A stretch of DNA of 64,000 nucleotides from Octopus vulgaris (lineage: Eukaryota), in the NCBI GenBank assembly GCA_951406725.2, contig OX597831.1, positions 21,018,001-21,082,000 of the forward strand, in the 5' to 3' direction. Shown here piece after piece: positions 1-12,943 of this stretch. Under the pieces are notes generated by a model that was not told where the DNA came from, made no database searches, and saw nothing but the letters and a program-made list of their open reading frames with translations. How positions within the stretch are numbered: the first letter of the stretch is position 1; every line of letters begins with the position of its first letter. The translations under genes and the position numbers were made by a program.

Positions 1-410
1 GTTGTAAAGATAACGTCTCTGATTTTGGCCTTTCAACTTTCCGCCTGGAGGCTTAGCTAGATTTCATGTAAAATATCACTTTTATTGATCTCAGCATTGC
101 TTCTTATACGTAGCAACAAGAATCTACTTAATGAAGATATTATATTTACTGCACATAATCTACGATAAATTATTTATATATCACATTTAAAATCTCTTTT
201 CCTTATCCAGCAAAAATCCAATGCCGAACAATCCCGTCTGGTACAGATTATCATATGTAATCTATTGTTATACGGATCTCTTAAAAGTATGTGTACAACA
301 TACACATTCATGCGTACGTGCACTGACATGGGAGATAATTGCCTATATATATATAAATATATATATATATCCAATCCATTAATTCTTGTGGTAAACTCTA
401 TATATATGCC

Positions 411-444
<34 letters not shown>

Positions 445-911
445 GAGAGTCTACCACAAGAATCAATGGATGATACAACAAAATAGTAATGTGAGATTTA
501 TAAAATAATTACTATTTTGCTGAATCATCCATCGATTTTTGTGGCAAACGTTATATACTGACAGGTAGCATTTAGCTTAATTATCAGCGATGGAGTAGGC
601 ATACTGATGAGCTTTAGTTTCAATCGAAATTGGCATGCCAATATAGTACCCTCTCTTGGTGTGGGGTGGTTAACTCCCCTATCAGTACATAGAATTGTGC
701 TGTGTTTGTGGCTATGAGAGACTTTGACTCTTGTTTCTAGCAATATAGCTCTTACCCGTCATCTTCAATCACTATATATATATATATAAGTACAAATATA
801 TTTATGTACGTATGTCCGTATGTGTACGGTCTGCATCATGTTTTCCGTTTTGCATAATGTATTTCTCTTTAGTTGAGAAACTAGAGAATTTGAGTATATA
901 TGTATGTATTT

Positions 912-969
<58 letters not shown>

Positions 970-1859
970 ACACATCAGTAAGTTCCTTTTTTTCTGAACA
1001 CAGAAGTTTCTCAGTGACAGACATTACAGCTGGTTCTGTTCAATATTACTCCTTGCATTATAAATGTTATAGATATAGCTATTCAATTCTAAATTTTTAT
1101 AGCTTTACTTTTAGCTTGTAGACCTTTCCTAGCCATCACTAAATATTTTGTTTGCAGGTTTCTATACCGGAACGACAATTATTTTCACTAAGCAAATGAC
1201 ATGAGAAAATTTCCATTTGTGTTAAATGTGTTAATAGTAAATAGAATTTGGTCTTTGGCTGTATATGCATAGTGGAGTGGCGAGAAAAATGTGATATGTA
1301 TATAGTTAAAATAAAAGTTGAAGCAGAAAAGCTTAGAAATTTCATGGCAGAAATCAAATTCGCAAATAACATCGCGGATGGTTAGATGCTTCCTGATTGT
1401 TGGTTCAGTTTGGACACTTTGTAAAATATTATTATTCTCAGAGTATCTATGGATGCAATGCCATTTCTGTTCTCTTTCCTTTTGGACATTTTTTATGATG
1501 CATTTAACCAATCTAACTGACCGTTATTTGGTACATATGTTTTATTTTATGTGTCGGTACATTTGTCTATTTTTAAATATTCCAGAGAAAATGGGAAATT
1601 AATTAAGGAAAGCAACATTAATACCATAGCAAAATGTCAAAATAAGCTTATATATAATGAAGACTTATCATAAAAAGAAAAATAATAAATTCCTGATCTG
1701 TTGCAATTAAAGACAGTCAAGGTTAAAACATTTCAATCTGGAGTTTTGTTACTGCTTGCAAATGACCAATTACATTGTTTATGCGGGGTACATTATTTCT
1801 GTAATGTATATACATGTGAATACCAGCCAATTTATTCAGACATCTGCAAGCTTATATAG

Positions 1860-2250
1860 TGTTAGTATTCAGACATCTGGAAACCATTACTAGTGTTAGT
1901 CCTGTTCTTGTTACCGCTTTTACCCCTCCGCAAAAAAATCCCAAATTTTTTTTAATTTGCTTTGCGGGAAGGACAGTTTTAACGAAGTCGCGTCTTGTCC
2001 TTACCTTCGAAACGCGGAGTAGACGAAATAGGGACAACTGAAGAAGGGGAATATTCCTTGTGTTGTATGCCTTGTACTCTGTTCTTTCGTTGTATGAATA
2101 ATAGTTGTCTTTTTTGTTTTTATGTTTTCGTTTCTCATTGTGTTCACCGTTTTTTTATGTCCTGTACAATATATGCATGTATATATACATATAGATGTAG
2201 GTATGTACATATATGTATGTATATATGCATATATTTATATATTATTTATA
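1860..2250. repeat. Unclassified interspersed repeat (family X) next to a (TA)n tract
   Basis: The block CCTTCGAAACGCGGAGTAGACGAAATAGGGACAACTGAAGAAGGGGAATATTCCTTGTG...GATGTAGGTATGTACATATATG recurs at about 40130-40560 and 41345-41620; its 3' part recurs at 54600-54740. Every copy is beside (TA)n. Confidence 0.7.
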
Positions 2251-2350
<100 letters not shown>

Positions 2351-2369
2351 AATATATATGTGTGTCTAT

Positions 2370-2640
2370 TCGTGTTTGTCTCCAGCCCCCACCATCAATT
2401 GGCAACCGATGTTGCCGTGTTTACGTCCACCATAACTGGCAGTGAAGCAAAAGAGAACAAGAGAATAAGTACTATGTTTACAAACAGTAAGTCCTGGGGT
2501 CGATTTGTTCGGCTTAGCTCTTAAAGCGGTGCTTCAGCATGACCACAGTCAAATGACTGAAACAAAAAAAATTAATAAAGGCGGTGCTCCTGCATGGCCG
2601 CAGTCAAATGACTGAAACAAGTAAAAGAGTAAAAGAGTAA
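2370..2640 (+). mobile_element. 3' half of CORE-like tRNA SINE (family A)
   Basis: Matches the 3' half of the full copy at 36580 (GAATAAGTACT...GGGGTCGATTTG...GGCGGTGCTCCAGCATGGCCGCAGTCAAATGACTGAAACAAGTAAAAGAG tail). Confidence 0.85.
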
Positions 2641-2696
2641 ATGATAAATAATATATTATCAAATTATTAAAGTACACAAACACACACACACATATG

Positions 2697-2749
<53 letters not shown>

Positions 2750-2755
<6 letters not shown>

Positions 2756-2823
2756 GGGCGTGTGCCTCCGTAAGTGTACATATATATATATGTACACTTA
2801 TGGAGGCACACGCCCCCATATAT
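2750..2823. repeat. Near-perfect palindrome with a (TA)n centre
   Basis: GGGGGCGTGTGCCTCCGTAAGTGTACA-(TA)5-TGTACACTTATGGAGGCACACGCCCCC. Confidence 0.9.
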
Positions 2824-4129
2824 CAGTGTATATTTGTATATAAATATATGCACGCTGTATGTATGTATATATATATATATATATACACAGTATTATGTTT
2901 GTTTGTATATAGAATTGTATCTATGTATATATGCATGTGTGTGTATGTATACTTGTGTATATGTGTGTATGTATATATGTGTACGTAGTTATAAGATTTA
3001 GCTTTCAAAAGATTCACAGACATTGTTAAAGCAGAAACTCTGCTCTTTGTGTGAAAGGTTAGCTAACATCAACTTTTAGGTTTCCATGTATGCATATGTA
3101 AATATGTAATATATACGACTGTGAGCGTAGATATATACATAAACATATATACGTACACACATACACACATACACATACACATGCACACACGCGCGCACAC
3201 ACACACACACACGTCAATATATGCATATTTATGCGTATCCGAAAAATTACTTTGTAGCGTAGTTTTATAAATTGGGAAATTTCGGCAGAAAAGATCAATC
3301 TTTTATTGGGTGAAATCTTTTACCTCTGCAACCTGCGACCATTATTCTCTGAGGAGATAACAAACAAACGAAAAGAAAATAAATCCATAAAGCTAAAATG
3401 GTAACTAAAAATAATAACAAAAATAAATAATGACTTACACAAAAATTACAACAACGCAGAGTTTACGAAACGAATTCAGGTTCACCGTATCTAGCGTTTT
3501 GACAACAGCAGTTTTATCGATCGCTTGGTTGCCTAACAGTTGTTTGAGGGCAGATGTAGGAATACAAATGAAATAGCTTTACGACTGGAAGGGGAGCAAC
3601 GTCTTCAGTATTCAGACTGATATTAGATTTGACGTTTGTTCCTGGCTCATAATAAACTTCGACTTGTAGAAAGACAACACAGAGCAAACACTCCCGCCTA
3701 CAGATAAGTATGTATGTGTGTATGTATGCATGTATGTATGTATGTATGTATGTACATATGTATGTATGTATGTACGTATTCTATGTATGCATGTTTGTAT
3801 GTATGTATGTATGTATGTATGCATCTATCAATCTATCTGCATATATATATACATATATGCATAAATCTCTGTAAGGATGTATGTATGTATATGTGTAGCT
3901 ATATATATATATATATATATATATACATACCCATACACATACATATATATATATATGTACACGTATATACACACATATATACATACATATAAATATAACT
4001 ATAAATATATATATATATATACACATACATATACATATATATATACACATATATATATACTTACATATATACATACATTTATATATACGTTCATAAAAAT
4101 ATAACTATATATATATATACATACATACA

Positions 4130-4177
<48 letters not shown>

Positions 4178-4726
4178 TGTGAAAGTAAGTGTGTGTGTGT
4201 GTGTTTGTGTATTAAGATATGTATGTAACTTTGTAGGTTTCAATGCATGACTTTATAAATGTATATGTATACATACATGCATACATACATACATACATAC
4301 CTAATTATGTACGTATGAATGTGTGTATGTATATCTAGAAGTATTTACGTCATGTTTCAGCATATATATTTGCTTATACACACATATACATGTATACATA
4401 TATACATACATACGCATGTACGTACGTGTATATATTTGGAAGTATGTATCGCATATTCTAGTATATATCTTTGCTTTTGTGTATGCATGTTCTTAGATAT
4501 GTATGTGGTATGAATTTATGTACGTTTCTCTGTATGTGTGCATATTCTATCTTTATCAATTTTTTTTTTATCTGTATATATTTGCCGAACTATGTGTATG
4601 TGAGTTGTAAACATAGTTTTCGTTATAGATGTGGATTTACATTTGTTTTTCTCAGAAAAAGCAATTTTTAACCCAATATTTCCATGCTATCATTTATAGC
4701 TTTCTCGGCTTCGAGTTTCAGTACCA

Positions 4727-4838
<112 letters not shown>

Positions 4839-4934
4839 GTATATATGTATACATATATATACACACACACACACATAAATATGCACACATGCACATTTAA
4901 GTTTACTACTATAAATAGGGAGACACTTGAAAAA

Positions 4935-4993
<59 letters not shown>

Positions 4994-5676
4994 CATATAT
5001 ATACTTTAATGTTAGTTGTATTGTTTGGAATCATAAACTCAGCCTATTCAGATTAATTGTGAAGTAGTCAGTAACATGACCAACTGTACTAAATGGTTGA
5101 CTAGCTGGAAGCAAGTGATTTCAAATCCTTACATAGGTATCTTGGGATATTAGTCTTTTGTTTCCTAAACTATGGCAGCATAGAAATTCGGAAATAACGA
5201 ATGCCTGAGGATATATTTGCTAACCTGCTAACGAGGGGGAACTTAGAAAAGACAGGCTAAATATAGCTCGGCTAATTGTGGAAATGCCCAGCAGGTCTCA
5301 GCTGGTGATTGTCCTCCATTTGCAGGCTACGATGGTAACAACTAAGAAATTTACATCTTTCCCTGAAGTGTTCGACAACGATTTGACTTCCACGTATGCT
5401 TGGCTGTGTATGTTTTTTATTTGTGATTTATTTACGAAGTTCTTAGAATACAAGGCGTTCACTAACGGAGTGACTAGGCTTTCTATCTTAAAGGAATCAA
5501 TCCAGTTCCAGAAATTTGTTAGTATGTGGGTAAGTTAATGTGTATGCATGCATTCATATGTATATGTTGGTATACTTGCAGTCATGGAATGGGTACACAT
5601 GTCATTTTATTACAAATGTTTGCATGGGTGTTCTTTACATATATATGTATGCGTATGTTATATATATGTATATATA

Positions 5677-5983
5677 TCACGTGACCATATGTCCGACCAG
5701 ACCATCTGATGTTGTTACACATCGCTGGTCACAATGCGTTCGCATTGTTTTAGCCTTAGAATGACGTCAACACGCTGGCTAAGCGAGCAGGCCAACAGAA
5801 GAAAGAGTGGAAAAAAGAGTGGTGAAAGAGTACAGCTGAGATCACCACCCCCTGCTGGAGCCTCGTGGAGCTTTTTAGGTGTTTTCGCTCAATAAACACT
5901 CACAACGCCCGACCTGGGAATCGAAACCGCGATCCTACGACCGCGAGTCCGCTGCCGTTATCACTGGGCCATTGCGCCTTCAC
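5677..5983 (-). mobile_element. tRNA-derived SINE (head B, tail Y)
   Basis: The reverse complement starts GAAGGCGCAATGGCCCAGTGATAACGGCAGCGGACTCGCGGTCGTAGGATCGCGGTTTCGATTCCCAG, with A and B boxes. The head matches 29811. A tail fragment is repeated at 6105-6208. Confidence 0.85.
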
Positions 5984-6040
5984 AAATATACATATATAAA
6001 GTGAAAAATCTGAGATGCATACACACACGCAAATGAGCAT

Positions 6041-6100
<60 letters not shown>

Positions 6101-6216
6101 AGAGTCCGACCAGTCAATCAGATGTAGTTACACATCGCTGGTCACAATGCGTTCGCATTGTTTTAGCCTTCGAATGACGCCACCCCGCTGGCTAAGCGAG
6201 CAGGCCAATATATATG

Positions 6217-6283
<67 letters not shown>

Positions 6284-6859
6284 ATGCTCATTTGTGTGTG
6301 TGTGTATGCACGTGTATCTCTATGTGTATGTATATGTGCGTGCGTGCGCAATATTCAGATATCATTATTCCAGGAAACTCAAACGAAAATCTTCCCAATT
6401 TTTAACTGTACAAATTATGAGTTTACTAGTAATCAATCAGTTTTTGTGTATGTGAGGTAATTTCTTTGTTCTTTTGTTGATAGACTCCAACAGTTTTGAA
6501 ACCTTTATTCAAGTACGTTGTTACATCGGTTATTTCAGTTAGGATAATAGGTCCAAAGGAGTAACTTTATCGGAAATATAATGTTCGCTCTACAGCATCT
6601 CGGATTTTTCACTTTTTACAAGTTTTTATCGAGATAAACTCAGGAACTCAGCTGTCACCTCTCGCGACAACGTGTAGATTATTATTCTGCATCACACAAC
6701 ATCAAATTTGTTGCACTTGTATTGGATTGCTTCTCCTAATATATTTACATGCCAAAGCAATATCCCCTATTTTTCAAGAGGACGAATAAATTCTGGTTAT
6801 GCAAGGCATTTAGTACATCCGTCAATCTCATCTGTGTGTTGTTGTTTTTTACTTCTCGG

Positions 6860-7144
6860 GTCATACCTGACTCATAAGGGCCGATTTCCCTTCTTATTAG
6901 CGTATAGGTTCCGCACCTGGATGGGACGCAGGTCCGTCGCTGGTGAGCTGCAAGATGCAGGAGGAAAGAATGAGAGAAAGTTATCGCAAAAGAGTCAGTA
7001 GAAGTTCGCCGTTACCTTCTGTCGGAGCTGTGTGGAGCTTAGGTGTTTCGCTCATAAACACACACATCACCCGGCCTGAGATTCGAACCCGTGATCCCTC
7101 GACCGCGCGTCCGCTGCTCTCACCACTTAGCCATGTGCCTCCAC
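6860..7144 (-). mobile_element. tRNA-derived SINE (head B variant, tail Z)
   Basis: Minus strand reads GGAGGCACATGGCTAAGTGGTGAGAGCAGCGG...GGTTCGAATCTCAGG, with A and B boxes. The body is homologous to 43128-43370. Confidence 0.85.
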
Positions 7145-7409
7145 CATCTGTGTGTAGCATTGTAAAATTTTTTTCCTTCAATATCATATCTCATGTAAAG
7201 GTATTACCCTGAAGAATTTCCTGTTATAATGTGGCCCCTTGCTGGTGTACATATTGCATTTATTAATCATTTATTTAGCAGTTATTTTCTCTTCCGGATT
7301 TTGAAAACGTAACATTTTAGGTGAGGTACAATGTATCTATCACATGTCGCTCCATGTATGTATGTATGTATATGAATAAACATATATTAGCATATATATA
7401 TATATATAT

Positions 7410-7520
7410 AAATCAGCCGAAATTACTACGATGATCCGGTTCTTGACTGAAGACTGAGGGTTTCGAATGTCCTGTCCGTGTTTATTGTATCGTCTTCTAA
7501 GAGTTATACGTTCTTGTCCA
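7410..7520. repeat. Unclassified interspersed repeat (family W) between (TA)n tracts
   Basis: AATCAGCCGAAATT..CTA.GATGATC.GGTTCTTGACTGA.GACTGAGGG.TTCGAATGTCC is shared with about 52600-52735. Confidence 0.75.
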
Positions 7521-7541
7521 TGTTGTATTTTTCTACATACC

Positions 7542-7583
<42 letters not shown>

Positions 7584-8009
7584 TGTATGTGTGTATCTAT
7601 CTATATACGCACCTATATTTATTTACATCCATAATATATAGACTCATAGCATATATTTATCAACACCCATATATATATATATCATATACGTACGTATATT
7701 ATGTATGTAATGCTTAACATGGTGTGTGTGTGTGTGAGTCAGCGCGGGTGTATGTTTGCGTGTGTGTGTGTGTATGTCTGAGCATGTGTGCGCGCGTGTG
7801 TTGATATAGGAATTCTTGTGTATATTTGTTTTATTTTTTTCTTCCGTGTGTTCATTACGTCTAACTTCTCTCTACGTATTTATATTAACAAATGTCTGTT
7901 CATGTCAGTTTCCTAATTACATTCCTTGTTCTCCAGACGACATAAAAGTCATCAGAACTCTTACTAATACTCACCGAATATATTTACGCATCCTCTGAAA
8001 GAGGTGGTG

Positions 8010-8100
<91 letters not shown>

Positions 8101-8112
8101 TATATGTGTATA

Positions 8113-8169
<57 letters not shown>

Positions 8170-8176
8170 GTATATA

Positions 8177-8226
<50 letters not shown>

Positions 8227-8245
8227 TATATAATATAATAATAAT

Positions 8246-8674
8246 AATTAATTGTTATCGCCATATTAATATGGCAATCTTATAGATATAAGACTAAAAG
8301 CTGTCGCTAATTAGCTCCATGAGGCCATCGCCTTAAGATAGCTATATGACACACATACTGTGTCCATTAGAACCTTCGAACAAGGGAGGTCAGCCGCTTC
8401 ACACTGCTAGTCAGACAGCTACAGACGCGTTTCCGGGTATTTGCCCCTTGTCAATGTAGCGTAGTCGACTCAGCAGGTGTCGCCAGTGATCGTCTCTGTT
8501 CGAAGGTTCTATTTACCTATTTTCGGTGGAATACATCCACTTGTTTTCAATAATAGACACAGTTTGTGTGTCATATAGCTATCTTAAGGCGATGGCCTCA
8601 TGGAGCTAATTAGCGACAGCTTTTAGTCTTATATCTATAAGATTGCCATATTAATATGGCAATAACAATTAATT
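8246..8674. mobile_element. Fold-back element with ~124-bp inverted arms and an apical hammerhead-like motif
   Basis: 8246-8369 is the reverse complement of 8551-8674 with few mismatches. Inner stems are TAGAACCTTCGAACA/TGTTCGAAGGTTCTA and GCTACA/TGTAGC. It sits next to (TA)n. Confidence 0.85.
8418..8460 (-). ncRNA. Type I hammerhead ribozyme motif, degenerate core
   Basis: Minus strand: GCUACA-UUGACAA-GGGG CAAAUA CCC G-GAAA-CGCG-UC-UGUAGC. Stems I and II and a palindromic stem III are present. The core has two changes from CUGANGA. Confidence 0.65.
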
Positions 8675-8871
8675 TCCAGTAACGCTGTCGTAATCTCTTT
8701 TAGAGAGACTCAGTAATTTTAATATTTCTATTAATAATAATAATATTAGGGAGTAAATCCAAACTTACAGGGAAAAATTAATTTTATTTCTATGTATTGG
8801 TTTATAATTTTCACTGTTTGATTTGCCTAATAGTGGTTTTATATCTAATTTAATATATATATATATATATT

Positions 8872-9400
8872 CTCTTACTCTTTAATTGTTTCAGTCATTT
8901 CACTGTGGCCATGCTAGAGCACCACCTTTAGTCGAATAAATCGACCCCATGACTTATTCTTTGTAATCCTGATACTTATTTTATCGGTCTCTTTTGCCGA
9001 ACCGCTAAGTTACGTGGACGTAAACACACCAGTATCGGTTGTCAAGCGATGTTGGGAAGGTGGCGATAAACACAGACACACAAATACTCACACATATATA
9101 TGCATATACATATATACGACGGGCTTCTTACAGTTTCTGTTTATCGAATCCACTCACAAGGCTTCGATCGGCCCGAGAATGTAGTAGAAGACATCCAAGG
9201 TGTCATAATGTGGAGCCTTGCGCGTGCCCTTATTGCATTTATTAATCAGTTATTTACCAGTTATTTTCTCTTTGTAACATTTTATCACATGTCTCTCCAT
9301 GTATGTAAGTATATATATGAATAAACATATATATTAGCATATATATATGTGCTAATATGTATGTTGGTAAACAAGCTAATTACCACACAGCCACTCCTGA
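8872..9400 (-). mobile_element. CORE-like SINE family A, interrupted
   Basis: Reverse complement of family A from tail (8872) to about 9210, with a head remnant TTGGTAAACAAGCTAATTACCACACAGCCACTCCTG at about 9363-9400. Confidence 0.8.
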
Positions 9401-9401
9401 G

Positions 9402-9443
<42 letters not shown>

Positions 9444-9551
9444 GTAACAGAGAAGGAATTTCGATAATCCCCACGTGGGAATTGTAATATATATAAGGAA
9501 TTAAAAAAGGAAAATACATATTATTTACATAATTTTAATATAATTTTAAAT

Positions 9552-9586
9552 ATATCGACCGGTTTCGCTTTCGCTATTCATGATAT
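9552..9586 (-). ncRNA. Minimal type I hammerhead-like motif, degenerate core
   Basis: Minus strand: AUAUC-AUGAAUA-GC GAAA GC-GAAA-CCGG-UC-GAUAU. Topology is complete; the core differs from CUGAAGA at two positions. Confidence 0.5.
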
Positions 9587-9760
9587 TAAGGTAAACTTAT
9601 TTGAATATGTGTTTTCTTAAGACGAAATGTTTGTCCATGTTGTGTTTGATGATATTTACGAGTGAATGACTTCACAAGTAGAAAAATATCGGAAGGTAAT
9701 TAGTTATCGTTATTATTGTGGGTAAGGGAGGTAACTGTTCAGCTTTCGGTAAGGGGAGGG

Positions 9761-9795
<35 letters not shown>

Positions 9796-10307
9796 TAACT
9801 TGAAAACGTGTTAATTAATTTTTGAAGATATATATACATATATAGAGCTCTCTATATACAGCACTACAACTATATCACCACATACCAGGAACTCCACGCT
9901 GCAGCACTATATCACACACAACACTAGGTTACACACTGCACTATACATCACAACGACATACATTGACTACCATACTTTCCATCATACATCTCGGCATGGC
10001 ATATAGTAAACAGATGCATTTCACATGGAATTCTTATTCCTCCAAAGTCGTCTTGATATATAAGTCGACTGTTTCAGGTGTAAATTTTGGTCTGAAAATT
10101 TCTACCCTAATTTGCATGACGGAGAATTTCGTACTCAAAGAATTTCTTTCTGATTTGGTAATCTTTTCAAATAATCTTTTTCGCATAAAATTTTGTTCCA
10201 GAAACTTTTAACAATCTTTCACGGTGCAAGCGGTATTAACGAATTTAAAACCATTAACAACAGCAGCGGCACCAATCACCAGTGAATAAATTTCACTGAA
10301 AAAAAAA

Positions 10308-10452
10308 ATATATTTACGAAGTCTAGACAGATACCTTCAGCTAGCAGGCCTCTGCTACTCTAGACCGAAGATGGGCAAAGACCCTGAAACATGCGTGTCT
10401 CTAGATGCAGGCCTAGCTGTTGGGGGTATTTGTCTCCCCTTCGTAAATATAT
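10308..10452 (+). ncRNA. Rod-like hairpin with an apical type I hammerhead motif (10359-10405)
   Basis: UCUAGA-CCGAAGA-UGGG CAAAGA CCC U-GAAA-CAUGCGUG-UC-UCUAGA. Outer pairings: ATATTTACGAAG/CTTCGTAAATAT, AGACAGATACC/GGTATTTGTCT, CAGCTAG/CTAGCTG. Confidence 0.7.
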
Positions 10453-10629
10453 AAGAACACAGGAAATGCGTCAAGGCCGACAGGAGGCGTCGATGCTTCC
10501 TGGGGCTAAACAGCGGTGGTGTAATACCCTTACAGGGCTGTCACGTTAAGTTGACAGTATACAACCACTCTTCGCTCCACCACCATACATATCTCTATGA
10601 GATATTTAGAAATTTAATATTTCTGATAA

Positions 10630-11193
10630 TATTTCCGGATAGTTCGTGCCGATTTTTAAAGGAAAGAAAAAGGTCAATAAATACTTGCCATTACATTTTT
10701 AATCAACCAAATATTAACCATTTTGTTGCACAATGCGTCTCCGTTTTTCCTTTAACTTGAAAATAACCTCTTCCCAGAATTTAGATGGTTTCATGGCAAA
10801 GAATTCATTAAGGTATCTTTTTACGTCATCCAAAGAATTGAAATTTTTACCATTAAGACTATTCTGCAGAGGCCCGAATAAGTGGAAATCCGAAGGAGCA
10901 ATATCTGGTGAATATGGAGGGCGGGGTAACACATCCCAGCCGAGCTCTAGCAATTTTTGTCTGTTTCCCAAAGCATCAAGTTCCGAAAATGAAATTTCTT
11001 ATCTTCCATTTTAAAGGGTTACAGAATTAACACAGGTTATAGGAACATAAAACTTCTTCCACGAAAAGATAGCTTAAACTGTGCTCTAAATGGAGGTGTA
11101 GTCAAATCCTATTTTATGGACTGAACCATGTTCTAAAATAAGTCGAAACGTAAGCTACTATAAATCAGCACGAACTTTCCCGGCGACCCAATA
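10630..11193 (-). mobile_element. Internally deleted mariner element (mellifera-subfamily-like), non-autonomous
   Basis: 5' TIR is TA-TTGGGTCGCCGGGAAAGTTCGTGCTGATTT. ATG at 11009 (MEDKKFHFRNLMLWE) is joined out of frame to the C-terminus RQKLLELGWDVLPRPPYSPDIAPSDFHLF...SLNGKNF. The 3' TIR lacks 6 bp. TA flanks both ends. Confidence 0.9.
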
Positions 11194-11204
11194 CTAATAG
11201 TAGT

Positions 11205-11397
11205 TTCAATTTTTGGCACAAGGCCAATAATTTCGGGCGAGGGTCTAAGTCAATGACATCGCCCTCAATACCCAGCTGGTACCTATTATATCGACACCGA
11301 AAGGATGAGAGGCAAAATCGACCTTGGCGGAATTTGACTTCAGAATGTAAACCGGACGATATGCCACTAAGTCTTTTGCCAAGCATATCGTTCGCCG
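11205..11397 (-). mobile_element. Deu/Nin-domain SINE fragment
   Basis: CTGGTACCTATTATATCGACACCGAAAGGATGAGAGGCAAAATCGACCTTGGCGGAATTTGA is the reverse complement of the family at 15625. Confidence 0.75.
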
Positions 11398-11886
11398 GCT
11401 TAATTATAGTAATAATAATAATGATGATAACGATATCGATAATGATATAATCATTAAAATAGAGGTAGTCCAAGTAGTTGTAGTAGTACTAATGGTAGTA
11501 GTAGTAATCATGATGATGATGATGATGATGAAGATTAGGCTTTTAGTGATAATAGGCGTAATCGTAGAAGTGGCTGCAATAATTAAAATTCTACTAATTA
11601 TAGTAAAATTCGAGAATCACAATTTTTATGGCGGATAATAGATCACGATTTATTTCCCGTTCTGTCGAAAGTTTATAAGTTTTTTATGAGGTCAGCGAGC
11701 TACAATTTTCACTGGGCATAATAAAGTTTCTAAAATCGATTGAGAAATTCAAAGGATTGATTTGGTCTAATTAGTAAAACGCTAGTAATGTCTGCAGGAG
11801 CTACGGGTTCGTTTCCTACGGGTAGCCTCCGACTTTTCTATCTAAATTCTATACATACGTATGTATATACATATGTATATATATGA

Positions 11887-11933
<47 letters not shown>

Positions 11934-12545
11934 ATATATTTATATATATCCAATATTTACATGCTATTATTTATATCATTATAATCTGTTTCGAGATTTA
12001 TTATTAAAATAAAAATAAAAAAAACCTAATTAGTTCACGTTCTCTCGAATATTTAAAAAATTCTTGTGATATAAATTAATTATAGTGCTGACAGTGAGAA
12101 GGATATGGAGAAAAGGAGAAAAAAAAATGAAAAAGAAGAGAAAAGAAGAAATATTTTGCCAAGAAATACGATTCCTACGCTCATATATTTGAGAACGTAA
12201 CAGGCAGGACACACATACACACATACGCATAACGACAACAATAGCCAACACTAATACGAGTACAACAATCAGAGACCAGCAGCAACAACAATCAGAGCGG
12301 CAACAACAAGAACAACAACAATAAAAAGAGCAGTAGTACCGACGAGGCCAGTAACGACATTAACAGGAGCCATTAATCTACGATAACTTAATCAGAAGTT
12401 CAACAGAGCTAATGTAGATTGTCTACCTAAAGTAGAATCAATACCTTCTCTACCCGACGCGTTCCTTTGTTTGGTTGGTGACTACTGAATATATATATGT
12501 GTATAGAGGTGCATATACACACACATATATATATGTAGAAATACG

Positions 12546-12588
<43 letters not shown>

Positions 12589-12777
12589 TTGTGTGCGTAT
12601 GCAGATACGTTGGTGGTCAGACATTATAAATGTGTCTCCAACTAATCTTTCCGTTAATTTTATTAAGATGCCGTCTGTACCGTTAATTAACTGTAATTCA
12701 GCGTAACAACCCAAACAATGGGAAAAGTTAAAAATTACTGCGTGTGTGGGCTCGTCTGTTTATGTACATATGTGTGC

Positions 12778-12819
<42 letters not shown>

Positions 12820-12850
12820 TACGGACACTCTTAAATTCACATATGTGTGC

Positions 12851-12887
<37 letters not shown>

Positions 12888-12911
12888 GGACACTCTTAAA
12901 TTCACATATAT

Positions 12912-12943
<32 letters not shown>

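Noticed and set aside
5278-5538. Open frames on both strands in non-repetitive sequence
   Set aside because: No recognisable domain or convincing splice context.
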